DNA of 64,000 nt from Callorhinchus milii (Eukaryota), in NCBI RefSeq assembly GCF_018977255.1, contig NW_024704749.1, positions 11,036,001 to 11,100,000 on the forward strand, in the 5' to 3' direction. The translations under genes and the position numbers were made by a program. The notes under the pieces are model-generated. The model saw nothing but the letters and a program-made list of their open reading frames with translations, searched no databases and had not been told where the DNA came from. Below are positions 43,769 to 57,200 of this stretch, in pieces; the stretch's first letter is position 1; every line of letters starts with the position of its first letter.

Positions 43769-46129
43769 ATGTCTCAGGCCACCAAAGGAACCAGCCAGGG
43801 GTCAGCGACCCAGACCTCCACCCAGGACAAGGGCACCCCAGCCCCCGCTTCAACCCCCACCCCAGCCTCCAAAATCCTCAAGAATGTGGAGCCTGGACAA
43901 GGCAACTTCCGGGTGAGTCACAGCTGTCAGCAGCTCGGGGTGTGGGGGAGCCAGTGTTCCCGTATTCCCGGGTTTCTATGTTCCTATGTTACCATTTCAG
44001 CGTGAAGTTAGTACTGTAGGTTCTCAGGTTCCTGCCTTCCCATGTTTACACGTTCCCATTTCAGTGTAAAGTTAGTATGTTTTCACATTCCTATGTTCAC
44101 ATGTCCCCGTGTTCCTATGTTACTGTGTTCCTATGTTACCGTGTTCCTATGTTACCGTGTTACCATGTTACTGTGTTCCCGTGTGCCCATGTTACTGTGT
44201 TCCTGTGTCCGGTGTCTCCTGTCTGACTCCTTGCCCTCTCCTTGCAGATGATGATTTACGAACAGGAGAACTTCCAGGGCCGTCACATGGAGTTCACCAC
44301 CGAGTGCGTGAACCTGTGTGAGCGCAGCTTCGACAGAGTGGGCAGCGTGCGTGTGGACTGTGGACCGTAAGTCACCCTCAGTAAACACGGGACCGTACAC
44401 AGAGGATAGATATGTGGTGGGAGAATCAAATGGACCATCTAAAATCACCCACCGCACTACACCACATCACACCACAACACAACACACCACAACACACCAC
44501 ATTATACCACATCAACACACCACAACACACACAACACAACACACCACACTATACCATATCACAACACACCACACTATACCACATCACACCACAACACACC
44601 ACAACACAACACACCACACTATACCATATCACAACAGACCACACTATACCACATAACAACACACCACAATACACCACATCACAGGAGGCTCTCTAAGGAC
44701 AGAGAGAGATGGAAATGGTACCTCACGATGTGCCTGAGATCCATCAATATGGCTGAGATGAGATAGTTATTGGAAGACGTGAAAGGGTTTGTTAATTCCT
44801 GGAGGAGATGTTACATGATGTTGATGTCGAAAGAACTATTATTGGGTCAGACTTGTTCACCAGGGCAATACCACTTGCTCCGGGCTTCTCTTCTCTCCTC
44901 TCTTAGGTCTCTTATCTTCTTCTCTCTTTCCTTCCCCAGTTGGGTGGCTTACGAGCAGGCCAACTTCCGTGGAGAGATGTTCATCCTGGAGAAGGGAGAG
45001 TATCCTCGCTGGGACTCGTGGTCAAACAGCTACAGGAGTGACCGTTTCATGTCCTTCCGTCCTGTCTGCATGGTAACCTTCCCATACAATCCTATAGAGT
45101 TCCACCAGTTGCCTTTACATTAAAAGCCGGGAGACAATAGCCCAGATTTGATGGTGGTAAAAACCCTTAAGACTTGGTTCGGGGCTGAGTCGGAGCCAGA
45201 GTGATAGCTTGGGATGTGATTAGTTGCAGCCCGTCCTTGGGTTAGGGTTGGGGCGATCGTCACTGGGGCAATGGCTAACTTGGGGACCATCCCTCAATGG
45301 AAAGGGGGTAAAAGGAGTGTGATGGGGAGGGGAGACAGGAGACAATGGCAGGAACACAATAGGCAGCCGATGCCTCACAGGTATCTGGGGTTTGCTTTGA
45401 CAGGATAACCAGGAACACAAGATCTGCCTGTTTGAGATCGCCGAATTCAAGGGCAACAAGATGGAGATCATGGAGGATGATGTGCCAAGTCTGTGGGCGT
45501 ACGGTTTCTGTGACCGCGTGGGCAGCTTGAGGGTCCCCAGTGGAACGTGAGTATTTCTGTAGCACCATCCAGGAGGACTAACCAACTAAAACTACATAGC
45601 TTACCATTGAGAGCACTGTCTGGCAAGCTTTCCTGCTGCTTTTCCAGCTAGGACCATCCTAGCCATTAGGGCTTTGGCTCTCTTCTCGATCATCATTGAT
45701 CTGCTCGACATTGATATAATAATAATAATAATAATAATAACAATCCTTGCATTTGATATAGCGCCTTATCACGTCGTCAAGACGTCTCACAGTGCTTCAC
45801 AGAATACACTGTGAGGTGGAGTGACTGCAGATTTTCTGGACGAATGTCTGATGCGCGCGAGCGTGTGTGTGTGTGTGTGTGTGGGCGGAGTGGGCGGTGG
45901 GATCAAAGGGGAGTGATGATTCTGTGTATGACGCCCAGTCTCCCTCTCCTGTCATAGGTGGGTTGGCTACCAGTACCCAGGTTACAGAGGTTACCAATAC
46001 CTGTTTGAGATGGGAGATTATAAGCACTGGAACGAGTGGTCTGCTCAGCAGCCTCAGATCCAGTCAATTCGTCGCCTGAGAGACATGCAGTGGCACCAGA
46101 AAGGCTGCTTCCAGTTCGCTACCAAGTGA
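43769..46129 (+). CDS. CRYBB1: Beta-crystallin B1; 5 coding exons, 236 aa
   Basis: Exons 43769-43912 (MSQATKGT...[12 protein letters not shown]...GNFR, Pro/Ala/Thr-rich N-terminal arm), 44248-44366, 44940-45072 ([34 protein letters not shown]), 45404-45546, 45958-46129 ([17 protein letters not shown]...[20 protein letters not shown]). All GT-AG and phase-consistent. Confidence 0.95.
43955..44210. repeat. Degenerate minisatellite (TGTTCCTATGTTACCG)n in a CRYBB1 intron
   Basis: Directly visible ~16-bp period. Confidence 0.75.
44453..44682. repeat. (CACCACAACA)-type CA-rich minisatellite in a CRYBB1 intron
   Basis: Directly visible. Confidence 0.85.
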
Positions 46130-46338
46130 GGACGTCCGCAGGCTTGCTATCTGACGGAGAGTCCGAAGCTGCCCATTTATTTAATGGAATAACTTAAGTT
46201 TAACTTCAACGATTTACTATTTTTAATTCATTTCTTTTTTTGCTCTGGTCAGCTGCATTTCTCCGTACTTTACAGTGTAAAGCAGATCGATCGATTAATC
46301 GATCAGTCGGAATTCAAACCACCAACGTTTGTGAACTT

Positions 46339-46344
46339 AATAAA
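46339..46344 (+). terminator. CRYBB1 polyadenylation signal
   Basis: AATAAA about 210 nt after the stop codon. Confidence 0.7.
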
Positions 46345-46398
46345 GACAATTTATTAAGCCAAAATCTGATGTCTCGGTCCTGGTTTGTCGACGGGTTC

Positions 46399-46433
<35 letters not shown>

Positions 46434-46606
46434 GCCTTGCATCTGAGATGTCTCGACGACGTGATAAGGCGCTATATCAAATGCAAGGATTATTATTATT
46501 ATTATGAGAAGGGGGGAAGAGGAGATGGGAGAGGGTGGGGAGGACGTGTAAACTGAATAGCAATGGGGAGCACAAACACTGATGGGTTTGAAGACTGGAT
46601 TCTCTA

Positions 46607-46985
46607 CAATAATAATAATAATAATCCTTTCATTTGATGCAGCGCCTCATCATGTCTTCAAGACATCTCAAAGCACTTCACAGAATATACCGTAAAGTGA
46701 ATTGACTGTGTATTTTGTGAGCGAAACGCAACAGCCAATTGCGCACAGCAGCGTCCCCACAAACAGCCGTGGATTGAAGTGACCAATTTATTATTTTTTT
46801 TGAAGGAGTTATTACCTCCAGAAAAGCAATCCACCAATCGACTAACAATGGGGTTCCTGCTCACTGCTGGTAAACAGAGGCGTGTGGAGTAAGGAAACTT
46901 GCCCGACATTTCGCCCTGTCCGGGAATCGAACCCAGGTCTCTCGCTTGCGAGGCGAGTGCTCTGAACACTGAGCTACAGGACATC
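46607..46985 (-). mobile_element. tRNA-derived SINE, full length
   Basis: Same head, body and tail as the other copies. Confidence 0.88.
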
Positions 46986-47228
46986 CACCCTCTCGGCAGT
47001 CATGGCTCTAGGCATTGCCCTAGGCGGACAATGATCAGTGGTCGTGTTGACGGACACGAGCCAGGACTGACATGTGACCACACTGTCAACGTGTTTCCTG
47101 CAACTCTCCCAAATCCCCGTATGTATAATTGTTATTAATATTCCCATTACGAGGCTGTCTTGCTATTAAAAGCTATGATTCGATTAGGTCTCAGTGCTAT
47201 AATTGTCTGTGACATAGTAAAGTTACAC

Positions 47229-47261
<33 letters not shown>

Positions 47262-48499
47262 CCCAGGCTTCTCTCCACCTGACACTCTCAGTCACACAGC
47301 AGCGAGCTCCAGCCTTTGGGAGGCCTTTGCGTGAGTGTGGACATCTCTTCGGTTCAGTAACTGGAGGAATTTTGCCAGATAAGGGAGGAGGACGTCTGTT
47401 TTTGTGTTCAGTTGAGCTCGGCCGTTCTGGACAGATCCTCCGTTTGTTTCCAAGACACAGGGGGGTGGGAGAGTGGGTTGAAATCCCAACTGGGTCTAGA
47501 TTTACTCTGTTTACATATAGCAAAAATAATGATACACAGGTTTAATATCACACCTTTCGGGTCAGTGAAATAATCCAACCAGAAAATCCCTCCAACAAAA
47601 AAATGGTGCGGTCACTCAATCCATAACTGTTTGTGGGACATCACTGTGGGCAATTTGCTGCCGGATTTCGCTCATAAAATATATCCTGTAATCATCCCAT
47701 TACAGTATATCCTGTGAAGCCCTTTGAGATGTCTCAATGACATGATAAGGCGCTCTATCAAACACAAGGATTATTATTATTATTATTATTATGAACACAG
47801 AGCTCATTCAGAGAGTATGTGTGATGGGTTGTAAAATTCTATCAATCTACAAACCTGTTTGAATTGGTAAATGAGAGATACCGAGAGCTTAGAAGCGAGG
47901 GGAGTTTATGAGACTCTTTTTTTCACACAAAGGGTCGTTGGAATTACCAAATCCTGTCACTTCCAAGTCAGGTGGTCGAGACAGAGCAGTGTGGGTTTCA
48001 AGAGGGAAGTGGACAGGAAGGCTGGAGGCTTGAAGGGGTGTGAGGACAAGGTGGGGCAGTGGGGACTGAATGAAAAGTTGCCCTGAGAATTGGTGTGGAC
48101 GTGATGGGCTGAATGGCTTCCTTCTGCCATGTGAGTTTCTGTGATACAACGATGCTGGAAGAGGTATTAAGGGGCGTGGCGGAAGGGCAGGGGGTGCTGG
48201 GGCTGAAAGATCTGCGAATAAAACTGAGGCAGGAGGAAAAGCTACCATTAATTTTGAAACCAGCTTCTGTGGAACGATGCTCGGAGATGGAAGTGCGTCC
48301 TGCTTGGGCCCAGTGGCAGCATTCTCGCCTCTTGTGACGTCTCGACGACGTGATAAGGCGCTATATCAAGTGCAAGGATTATTATTATTATTATTATTAT
48401 CAAATAAAGTGTGACACGGACGCAAAGGGCTGATGATCAGAGATACCCTGTGTCGCCCTCTCTCTCTCTCTCTCTCTTTCTCTTTTTCTCCCTCACACA

Positions 48500-48778
48500 C
48501 TCACACATGCCCAAACGTGGAATGAGGGAATATTTATAGCACTGAGCTGTGTCCAGTCAGCTGTTACTGCTCTGTTATCATACAGTGAGTGTGTGTGTCG
48601 GACTGGGGACAGGGAGAGGGGGAGGGGGAGTGAGACATATGGTAGGGGCTGCCCTCATCACATTTCTCTGTCTGTGGCCCGGTCGGTTCGAAGGGATCTG
48701 TTTAACCGCTGTTGAGGAGACGGTTCAAATCCAAGGCAATAAAGGTCGGAAATTAGGAGAAGCCGGGAATCTCGCAAG
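48500..48778 (+). promoter_or_regulatory. Candidate muscle-type promoter and non-coding exon 1 of MYO18B
   Basis: GGAATG (MCAT/TEAD-like) at about 48519; ATATTTATAG (MEF2/TATA-like) at about 48530; CAGCTG E-box at about 48558; possible donor AAG|GTATTT at 48778. The sequence is unique and lies upstream of the ATG exon. Confidence 0.4.
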
Positions 48779-51239
48779 GTATTTTCTCTCGTGCTGGTCT
48801 GGGAAGTTGGGAAAGAATCTTTACCGAGGAGACTTGTGTGTTTTACGGGCTGTGTTATCTGCACTCTGCCTGTGTGCTCGGACCAGTTGGGATTATTTTT
48901 ATCCTACCATTAGGACAGCTGCCTCGAGAGTGGCTAAGCTCTCGTCTCTGGGCTCCGAGTCTCTCTCTCCCTCTCTTTCTCTCTTTTTTTCTCTTTCTCT
49001 TTCTCCGGGTTGACCGAATAGAGACTTCTCCCGTCAGCCCTCCCACATCCATTTCACGCTTCATTTATTTATTTAATAATAATAATAATAATCCTTGCGT
49101 TTGATACAGCGCCTCAGCACGTTATCGAGACGCCTCATAGCGCTTCGCGGGACACACTGTAAAGTGTAGTGACTGTGTAGCTAGGGACAGGCAAGTGGAT
49201 TAAATTAAATAGGACGACGGGTTGAGTGGCAATGGTGGTTAAGCGCTCTGGGACGCTACCCTGCATGTCTGGCGCTGTATAAATGCAAGTTGTTGTTATC
49301 TGACTGCGGCTAAAAAAAAATTGCCGGTCGTCAGTGAGGCTTGAGCTAATAATACAGAGCCCTGTATTCAGGTCTAGACTGAGGCAGAACCTGAGGCAAT
49401 ATAGAACTAGACTGAGATCTGCATCCAGTTCTGGGTTTGGGTCCAAACCTATTTTAAATAAGGAATAGAAATTGTTAGAACTGTGGGAGAATTCTCAGCT
49501 CCTCAGACTGTGTTAGAAACGATAATTCGTCATATACTTCAAAAATAATCCTCGCATTTGATGTAGTGGCTACAACAACAACAATAATAATAATCCTCGC
49601 ATTTGATATAGCGCCTTATCGCATCATTGAGACGTCCCAAAGAGTTTTACCGGATATATATAAAGTGAATTGGCTGTGTATTTTGGTGTCAATATGTCTC
49701 AAAGTCCTTCACTGCCTGGACTGTAGTGACTGTGTATTTTGTGGGCGAACGCGGCAGCCAATTTGGCGCAGAGCAACACGGCATGAACAGCCACGAAGTG
49801 AGTGATCAATTATTATTTGACGGATTGTCGGCCAGGACACCGAGAGAGAGAGAGAGAGAAACTCCCTTCTCTTTTCGAACAGGGAGATCTTTGACGTCCA
49901 CCTGAACGGGGCACAGACGGGGAGTGAGTGAGGTTTAATGTCTCATCCGAAGGACTGCGTCTCCGATAATTCTTACTGCTGACTAATACGCTCTTAAATC
50001 GACCTTCACGGGGGTGGGGGGGAGTGGGGAGTAAACATTCCAACATGAAGTACAGTATCTGAGTCATAGGAAAATAATCCTCAGGGCCTTGGAATTGCAG
50101 GTTAGGCCGGAGGATATATATTAGATGTGTCAACAAGGAACGACTGGTCAAGGCTGTTGCCTAAATGGGCCTCAACAAAGTGTCTCTGAGCCTCTGTTTG
50201 CACATGTCCCTTTAAGAGGTGACTTTACAGCTGTCTATGCTTTGGTGTTGGGTCTTGCTTCGTTGCCCCATTAACCTCTGTCCCCACGTTGGGCAAACAG
50301 GACCTGCATTTGGGCATAGACTGCGAGGTGACAGACATGTTAAAAGGTGCTAAGTTGGATGTTCGATAACCTTAGCCTCAACATTCACCAGGGGAACTCC
50401 ATCCTAAACCTGCACTGAATATTACAGAGGGAGAACATCCCACTAACAGCTGGAAGCTACCATTTGATACAGCGCCTTACCACGTTTTCAAGACGTCTCA
50501 AAGCGCTCCACAGGATTTACCGTAAAGTGGAGTGACTGTGTCAACAACAACTTGCATTTACACAGCCCCCTTTATAGGGGGAGTAGCGTAACGGTGGGTT
50601 TAACAGTGATGCCGAGCCGGGGGGGGGGGGGGGGGGTGGCGGGGAGAGAGACTGGGGGTGGTTGGGGGGGTGGGAGTTGACCGTAGACACGGTCGAAAAG
50701 GAAAGTCTTCGGGTGTGATCTGAAGACGGGCAAAGAGGGAACAAGACAGAGGGATTGAGGCAGAGACATGCGGAGAGGTCCAGGGAAAGAAACGTAATAG
50801 TTAGATGTTCCTCTTTCCGACTTCACAAGACTGGCACGGAGCGAGCCTGGGGTCAGTGAGTGCGGATAATATTCTGACCTTGAATGGCATTAATTACCGG
50901 TGACAGGGCAACCACACCATAATGGGACACTGGCTGCATCTCAATGAGAACCAAATTGCAGGGAAAGTGCAGTGACTGTGTATTTTGCGTCTGAGCAAAA
51001 ACCCTACTGTCCATTTCTCTGTTTTATGTGACATCATTTCTGTGTGTTCACTACAGGACTAATCACACTGCTGTTTTCCCCTTTCTTCCTCTCTCTCTCT
51101 CTTTATTTTTTCTCTCCATTTTCCCCTCCCGTCTTTGTCTCACATCCATCGGGAAAATCTGCATGAATCCTGTTCACCCATCGTGTCGTTTCCATCTTCC
51201 ACCATCAATCCATCCGTCCACAAAGCCCATCCCTTCAAA

Positions 51240-54200
51240 ATGGCCGTCTCCTCACGTCGTGCACTATGGGAACAAAAGGAAAGTCCTCTTTCTGGGTCAA
51301 AGGTTTACCTCCTGCATGCGCGGCAATGGAGTTGCTTCGTTTCGGGGTTAAAGGTGTGAGAGATGTTCCACTAATTTCGAAGGGTTAGATGCAGCAAGAG
51401 GATATTTTTCTGTGGAAAACACACTAAACACCGCAACGCGTCTGTGTGAAAAGGGTAACAGCCGTGGTCTGATCGGGTAAGGTATCAGACCGTGAGGAAT
51501 GGACGCACGTGTGTGATGTGGAGTTTGGATTTAACCTCGACTTGGGCAAGGATTTGAATAGCTTTATGACTACATTGGGAATTGGGAGGTGAAGGTTATG
51601 TGAGATCCTGAGAGGCGGCATCATAACAACAGTAATACTAATACTACTAATAATACGATTACTACTAATAACACGACAACTAATAATAATCCTTGCGTTT
51701 GATATAGCGCCTTATCACGTTTTCAAGACGTCTCAAAGCGCAAAAGGTGGATTGACTCTATATTTTGATGGGGCAAAACCCAGCAGGCAAGTGTGCACAG
51801 CAGTGACCCACAAACAGTCGTGGATCGAATGACCAAATTATTATTATTATGTTTTGGCGGCATTATTAACCCCAGAAAAGTGATCCGCCAATCGACAAAA
51901 AAAAACGGGATCCTACTTTACTGCTAGATAAACAGCGGCACGTGGAGTAAGGAAACTTGAGTAGTGACTGAAAGCACGGCCACCGATGTTGGGATGAAGG
52001 GTACGAGGGACTAGCGGGAGGCTGCGGACAGTCGAGCAGAGGCAGCAAGCAGTGGGTTGGGGGGTAAGCAGGTCGGAGAGGTAGGCAGGTGTCAGGGCCT
52101 GACGGGATTTGAAGATCAATCGTGGAAAAGGATCTCAAACTCTGCCATTGCAAAACAGGTATTTCTGCTGTTTTCATTCAGTTTGCTATCGTGAAACCTC
52201 TCCCGCTTTGAAACCCCCTCCCCACGCCCCCCCACCCCCCGCTACATGCTCCCCTCGCCACCCCTTCCACGCACCCAATAAAATTGACCTTTGCACGCGT
52301 CTCCTGTAAATAGAAGTCATCTCAAAATTGGAGCCAGGCCATTTAGGAGTGAAATCAGGCAGCATTTTTTTCACACAAAAGGTTGTGAAAATCTGGAATT
52401 CTCTTCCCCCCCCCTCCCAAAAAGCTGTGGATTATGGCTGGATCCATTCACATTTTCAAGACTGAAGTGGAAAGATGTTTGCTGGCTCAGGGGATCGAGG
52501 GATATGGGCAAAGGCAGGTAATTGGGGTTGAGGTACAGATCAGCCTTGATCTAATAGAATGGAGGAACAGGCTCGCGGGGCTGAATGGCCTCCTCCTGCA
52601 TCCTATGTTCCTATGAAATGACTTGATTCATTTTGTCTTAATGTAGATCAAGGAAGAAGAACGGCCGCCTCCTCCCCCGGCCCCTCCCCCGCTCTCGCCC
52701 GTGGCCCCCGCGGGCTTTATCAAGCAGCTCGTGCGGGAAACGGAGAAGGAAGCCAGGCTGCCGAAGCACCGAGCCAAGGAGCAGAGACCGAGCCAGCACG
52801 TGAGTGGGCCTGAGAGGCAGCGCTTGGTCCAGCGGGGGGGTGGGGGGGGGGCAGTGACAGACACAATCCACCAGGGGGTGCTCTTGCCCTGTTGAAACCC
52901 TGCCACGTTGACTCTCTTTTGGGTTCGCCGGGTGTCTGACATGAGTTGAATCCCGTCACCGTTGCTTAAGAGGCTCCAATCCAAACTGAGAATTCTCTGC
53001 ATCCCACCTACACATGGAAATTCCAGGGATACATTGTCGGAATGGAATCGCACTCTCTCCCTCTCTCCCTGGAGGGATGCCCCCCTGCCCCCTGCCTACT
53101 GAAATCCGGAGAGTATCAGGTGCAGGTTGGCAAGAGCCAAGGCTTGGGGGGAACCCAGAGTGTGTGTTGGGGTAACTCCTGGAGTCTAACCAGCTAAAAC
53201 CACACGTAGCTTGGCCATTGAGACCACTGCCTGGCCAAGCTTTCCCGCTGCTTGTCCAGCGAGGACCTGTTAGGACTTTGGCCTGTGGGGTTACCAGGAG
53301 CTGAGGGGGAGGATTCCCTGCCCCCAGTGACTGGTCGGCCCTTCCAGGTCCTGCCGATGAGCCGGGCCGGGCTGAGCTGCCGTCAGCAGTGCCCTGAGAT
53401 ACTGCGGCCCCTCCTGGCTCAGGAACCGGGACTAGAGACCGGCACAGAGGGTGGGGGGGTCGGAGGGTGGGGGGGGGGTCTCGATTTTGATATTGCGTTA
53501 CCCAACATGTCTCCCGTGTTGTGTTGTGTTGTGATGCATGTGGTGCCACTGAGCACCTGTTGGTGGCACCATTGAGCTGTCTGTCACACACGCACACACA
53601 CACACACGGTGCCTCCGCAGCGCCGTCCGCGGGTATCCACCGGTAGTGTAACCCGACTTCCCAACTCAATGTATGTCGTCCTTTGGCCCATGTGAATGGA
53701 ATGGAGTCGGGATCCGAAGGTGTCCACTGCTCCTCTGAAGTCGACAGACATTGCGCATCAAAAGGAAGTGATTCGCTCACTGCCTCCGAGTGCTGAAAGT
53801 GTTCAAGTTTCCTAACAATGTGTATTTTGTGCTCCGTGATTGTCTTCCCCGATCCTTCCAACTTCGCCCATCTTGTTTGAACCTCTGTGCGCGCCGAACT
53901 CTCGTTGTTCTGTGTTTCTTTTTCCTTCCATTTCCCTCCGGACCTTTAACCGTTAACCCTTCGCCTGTCTCCCCTTTGCAGCCTCCGGGTAAATTGGATG
54001 ACGGTACGATTCAATATTTCTTACAGCTGACACAGAATGCCAACCCGCCGGTAGAGAGAGAGGAAGAGATGGCCAGCAGAGAGCCATCGCTTCTGGTCAA
54101 TGGTCACGGTGAAGCCGGGCTGGAGACGGACGCCAGAGTCCGGGGGAAGCCGGGGAAAGTGACCAGGCAGCCGCGAGTGGGGCAGGGAATGTCTTTGCCT

Positions 54201-57200
54201 GTAGATCAGGGCCCGGATTCCGTCAGTGTGGATCTCGCTCCACGTGAAGGCACTTCCTACAAATCTGCAGCCAATGTGGTTGCTGTAGAAACGCTGCTCG
54301 GAGCTGAGCAGCCCGGCGGAGACGGGGAGACGGAGAGGGATGGTGGCAAGTCGCCGGTGGAGTTGGACTTGGAGTTGGAGGGTGGGGAGGGGCAGGAGTC
54401 CGGTATTCCACCCGTCGAGGGGCTCAGAGCAGAGGAACAAGTGATGCAGACACAGGACAAGTGTGAGGAAGGTCTAGAGAAGGAACTGGAGGTANNNNNN
54501 NNNNNNNNNNNNNNNNNNNNNNNNNNNNNNNNNNNNNNNNNNNNNNNNNNNNNNNNNNNNNNNNNNNNNNNNNNNNNNNNNNNNNNNNNNNNNNNNNNNN
54601 NNNNNNNNNNNNNNNNNNNNNNNNNNNNNNNNNNNNNCCATCACTCAGTTTATGTTATAGTTTTGCTTTGCTCAGCCGGGTGTCTGACACATTACCCACC
54701 GAGCTTCAGAGTATCCCACCCGCACATGGAAATTCCAAAGCTGGAGAGCAGAGGGGAAAACACAAACGTATGAATCGGTAATTGCAGGAGAACACGTTCT
54801 CTGTTTGGGATCTACATTTAACCTGAAGCCAAAGTGCATCGACTGCATTTAACTGTGACTCTTCGCTCCTCCAGGTGGGAGAGGATGTTTGGTACGAGAG
54901 TGACAAGGTCTGGTACGTGCACAAAGAAGGCTTTACGTTAGGTAATTACCATTCAGGTCTCCAGCAGCCGATAACTGTTATTATTAATAATAATAATAAT
55001 ACTATTAATCCTTGCATTTTTTGATAGCGTCTTATCACGTCATTGAGACGTCTCAAAGCGCTTTGTAGAATATACTGTCAGGTGGAGTGACTGTGTATTA
55101 AGGAAACTTGCCTAACATTTTGTCCTGGCCGGGAATCGAACTTGCGAGGGGAGCGCTCTAACCACTACACCACAGGGCTCCACAGTCCCGTAGGGTAGTG
55201 GATGTAAGGATTAGTTTTATTTTATTTGTGCGTTAGTGTTTGCAAGTTGAATTTGACGTACCCCCCCTCCTGCCGTCTCCCCCTCAGCCACGGAGCTAAA
55301 GCCAGACGTGGGGACCCCCGAGCTCCCTGTGGGTCAAGTTCGGGTCCGTGTAGAGAGCAACGGCACGATCATAGACACAGATCAGGAACACGTGCACAGA
55401 GTGAGTAACTCACACTCCCCAACCTGACCTCGTGTGTATCTTTGATTCAGAACTCCGACACTCACATACTCGCACACCCTAAACTCTGTACCGCCGCTCC
55501 CCCATAGCACCCCACCCCCCCCACCCTGCCATCACTCCAGTCCTCACCAGGCTCCACTGGCCCCCACACCCCACCCCCCCATCACTCCAGTCCTCGCCAG
55601 GCTCCACTGCCCCCCCACCTCCCGCCACAGAATAGATTGACTTCAAGCTCCTCACACTCGTCTACAAATCCCTTCATGCCCTGGCACCTCCCTACCTCTT
55701 CGACCTGCTCGTACCCCTCACCTGCTACCCGCTGCCTCCGCTCGACTGGCTCCGGGCTCCTGCTTGCCCCTCGTCCCCTCCGCTCCGCCATCAGTGGCCG
55801 CAGTTTTAGCCGCTGCGCCCTGAAGCTTCGGAACTCTCTCCCCCAATCCCACTGCCTCGCCCCTTCCTTCCCTCCTTTTAGCTCATGACTGAAGACCTCC
55901 CTCTTTGACCGTGCATTGTTAAGCGGTGTAAATGCAAGTTGTTGTTGTTGTTGTTTCACGTGCTTCCCTGCTGTGCGGCTCAGACAAACCCCCTGAAGCT
56001 GGACTACGCCGAGGATCTCTCTCAGCTGCTCAGCCTGAACGAGTGCAGTGTCCTCCATGTCCTGCACCAACGCTATAGCTCCCAGCTCGCCCACACCAAG
56101 GCCGGAGGTCAACTGATCATCACCAACCCAGCCCGGCCGGTCACTGGCTACTCAGCCAAGGTAACGCAAGTCAGAGAGTGTGTCACGTGTCCAGAGACAG
56201 CATGACATGCATGTTGGGGAGAGAGTGATGGGCGTTGGCTTGGGAGGGGCGGGGTGGGGGAAAGAGAGGGTGAGATGAAGTGGACCAAAGGAATGTCTCA
56301 GAGCAGTTAACAGTGGTGGAGCACATCACCAAGCCAGGGGAGGCAGGAGGTGACCATAAGCGCAGTCGAAGAGGAAGGTCTTCAGTTCTGATCTGAAAGA
56401 GGGGGTGAGGCAGAGGGATCAGGGGAGAGAGTTCCAAAGCTTTGTGGAGCAGTGACATTTCTATCCTCCATTGTCTCTCTTTCTCTCTCTCTCTGTGACC
56501 AGATCTTCAGGGGGAAGAAGGAGAACATGCCTCCTCACGTGTTTGGCATGGCTCAGAGGGCGTATTGGAACATGCTAATGCACCGTAAGGACCAGACCAT
56601 CGTGCCGCTGGGTCAGAGCGGAGCGGGCAAGACCACCAGCTGCCAGCAGGTCCTGGAGTATCTAGTGGAGGTGGCGGGCAGTGTGGGCTCCGCAGTCACA
56701 GGTGAACTGAGCCTTAACAACAGAGGAACATAAGAGTTGCTGGGCCACAGAAGACCAAGGTCCATCCAGTTTGCCTTCCACCATCCTGGCCATCGCTTAC
56801 ACATGTCATGTCCCAAACTATACATTGTATCCCACAATATTCTGTAAAGTGTAGTGACTGTGTATTTTGTGAGCCAAACACCGACAGCCAATTGCGCATA
56901 GTGACGTCTCACAAACAGTCGTGGATTGAGTGACCGATTGTGGGACGGCTGTGAAGTGAACTGTCCCAAACTCTTTTTGTTTTGTCTCAGTGGAGAAGAT
57001 ACAGGCTGTGTTCACCATTCTCAAGGCCTTTGGCTCGGTTCCCACCACCAACAACAGCAGCACCACTCGCTTCTCAATGGTGGCCTCGCTGGACTTCAAC
57101 CAGGCCGGCCGTGTGTCCTCTGCCCAACTCCAGGTAAGCCACAGAGCAGACAGACATAGCACCCTCAAGAACGTCTCACAGCGCTTCACCCAGCCTCTGT

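Noticed and set aside
44007-44077. Two further GTTAGTA motifs
   Set aside because: They lie in a CRYBB1 intronic minisatellite, antisense to that gene and outside the cluster region.
52956-53861. 301-aa minus-strand ORF in a MYO18B intron
   Set aside because: It spans an interspersed repeat and microsatellites, with no domain signal.
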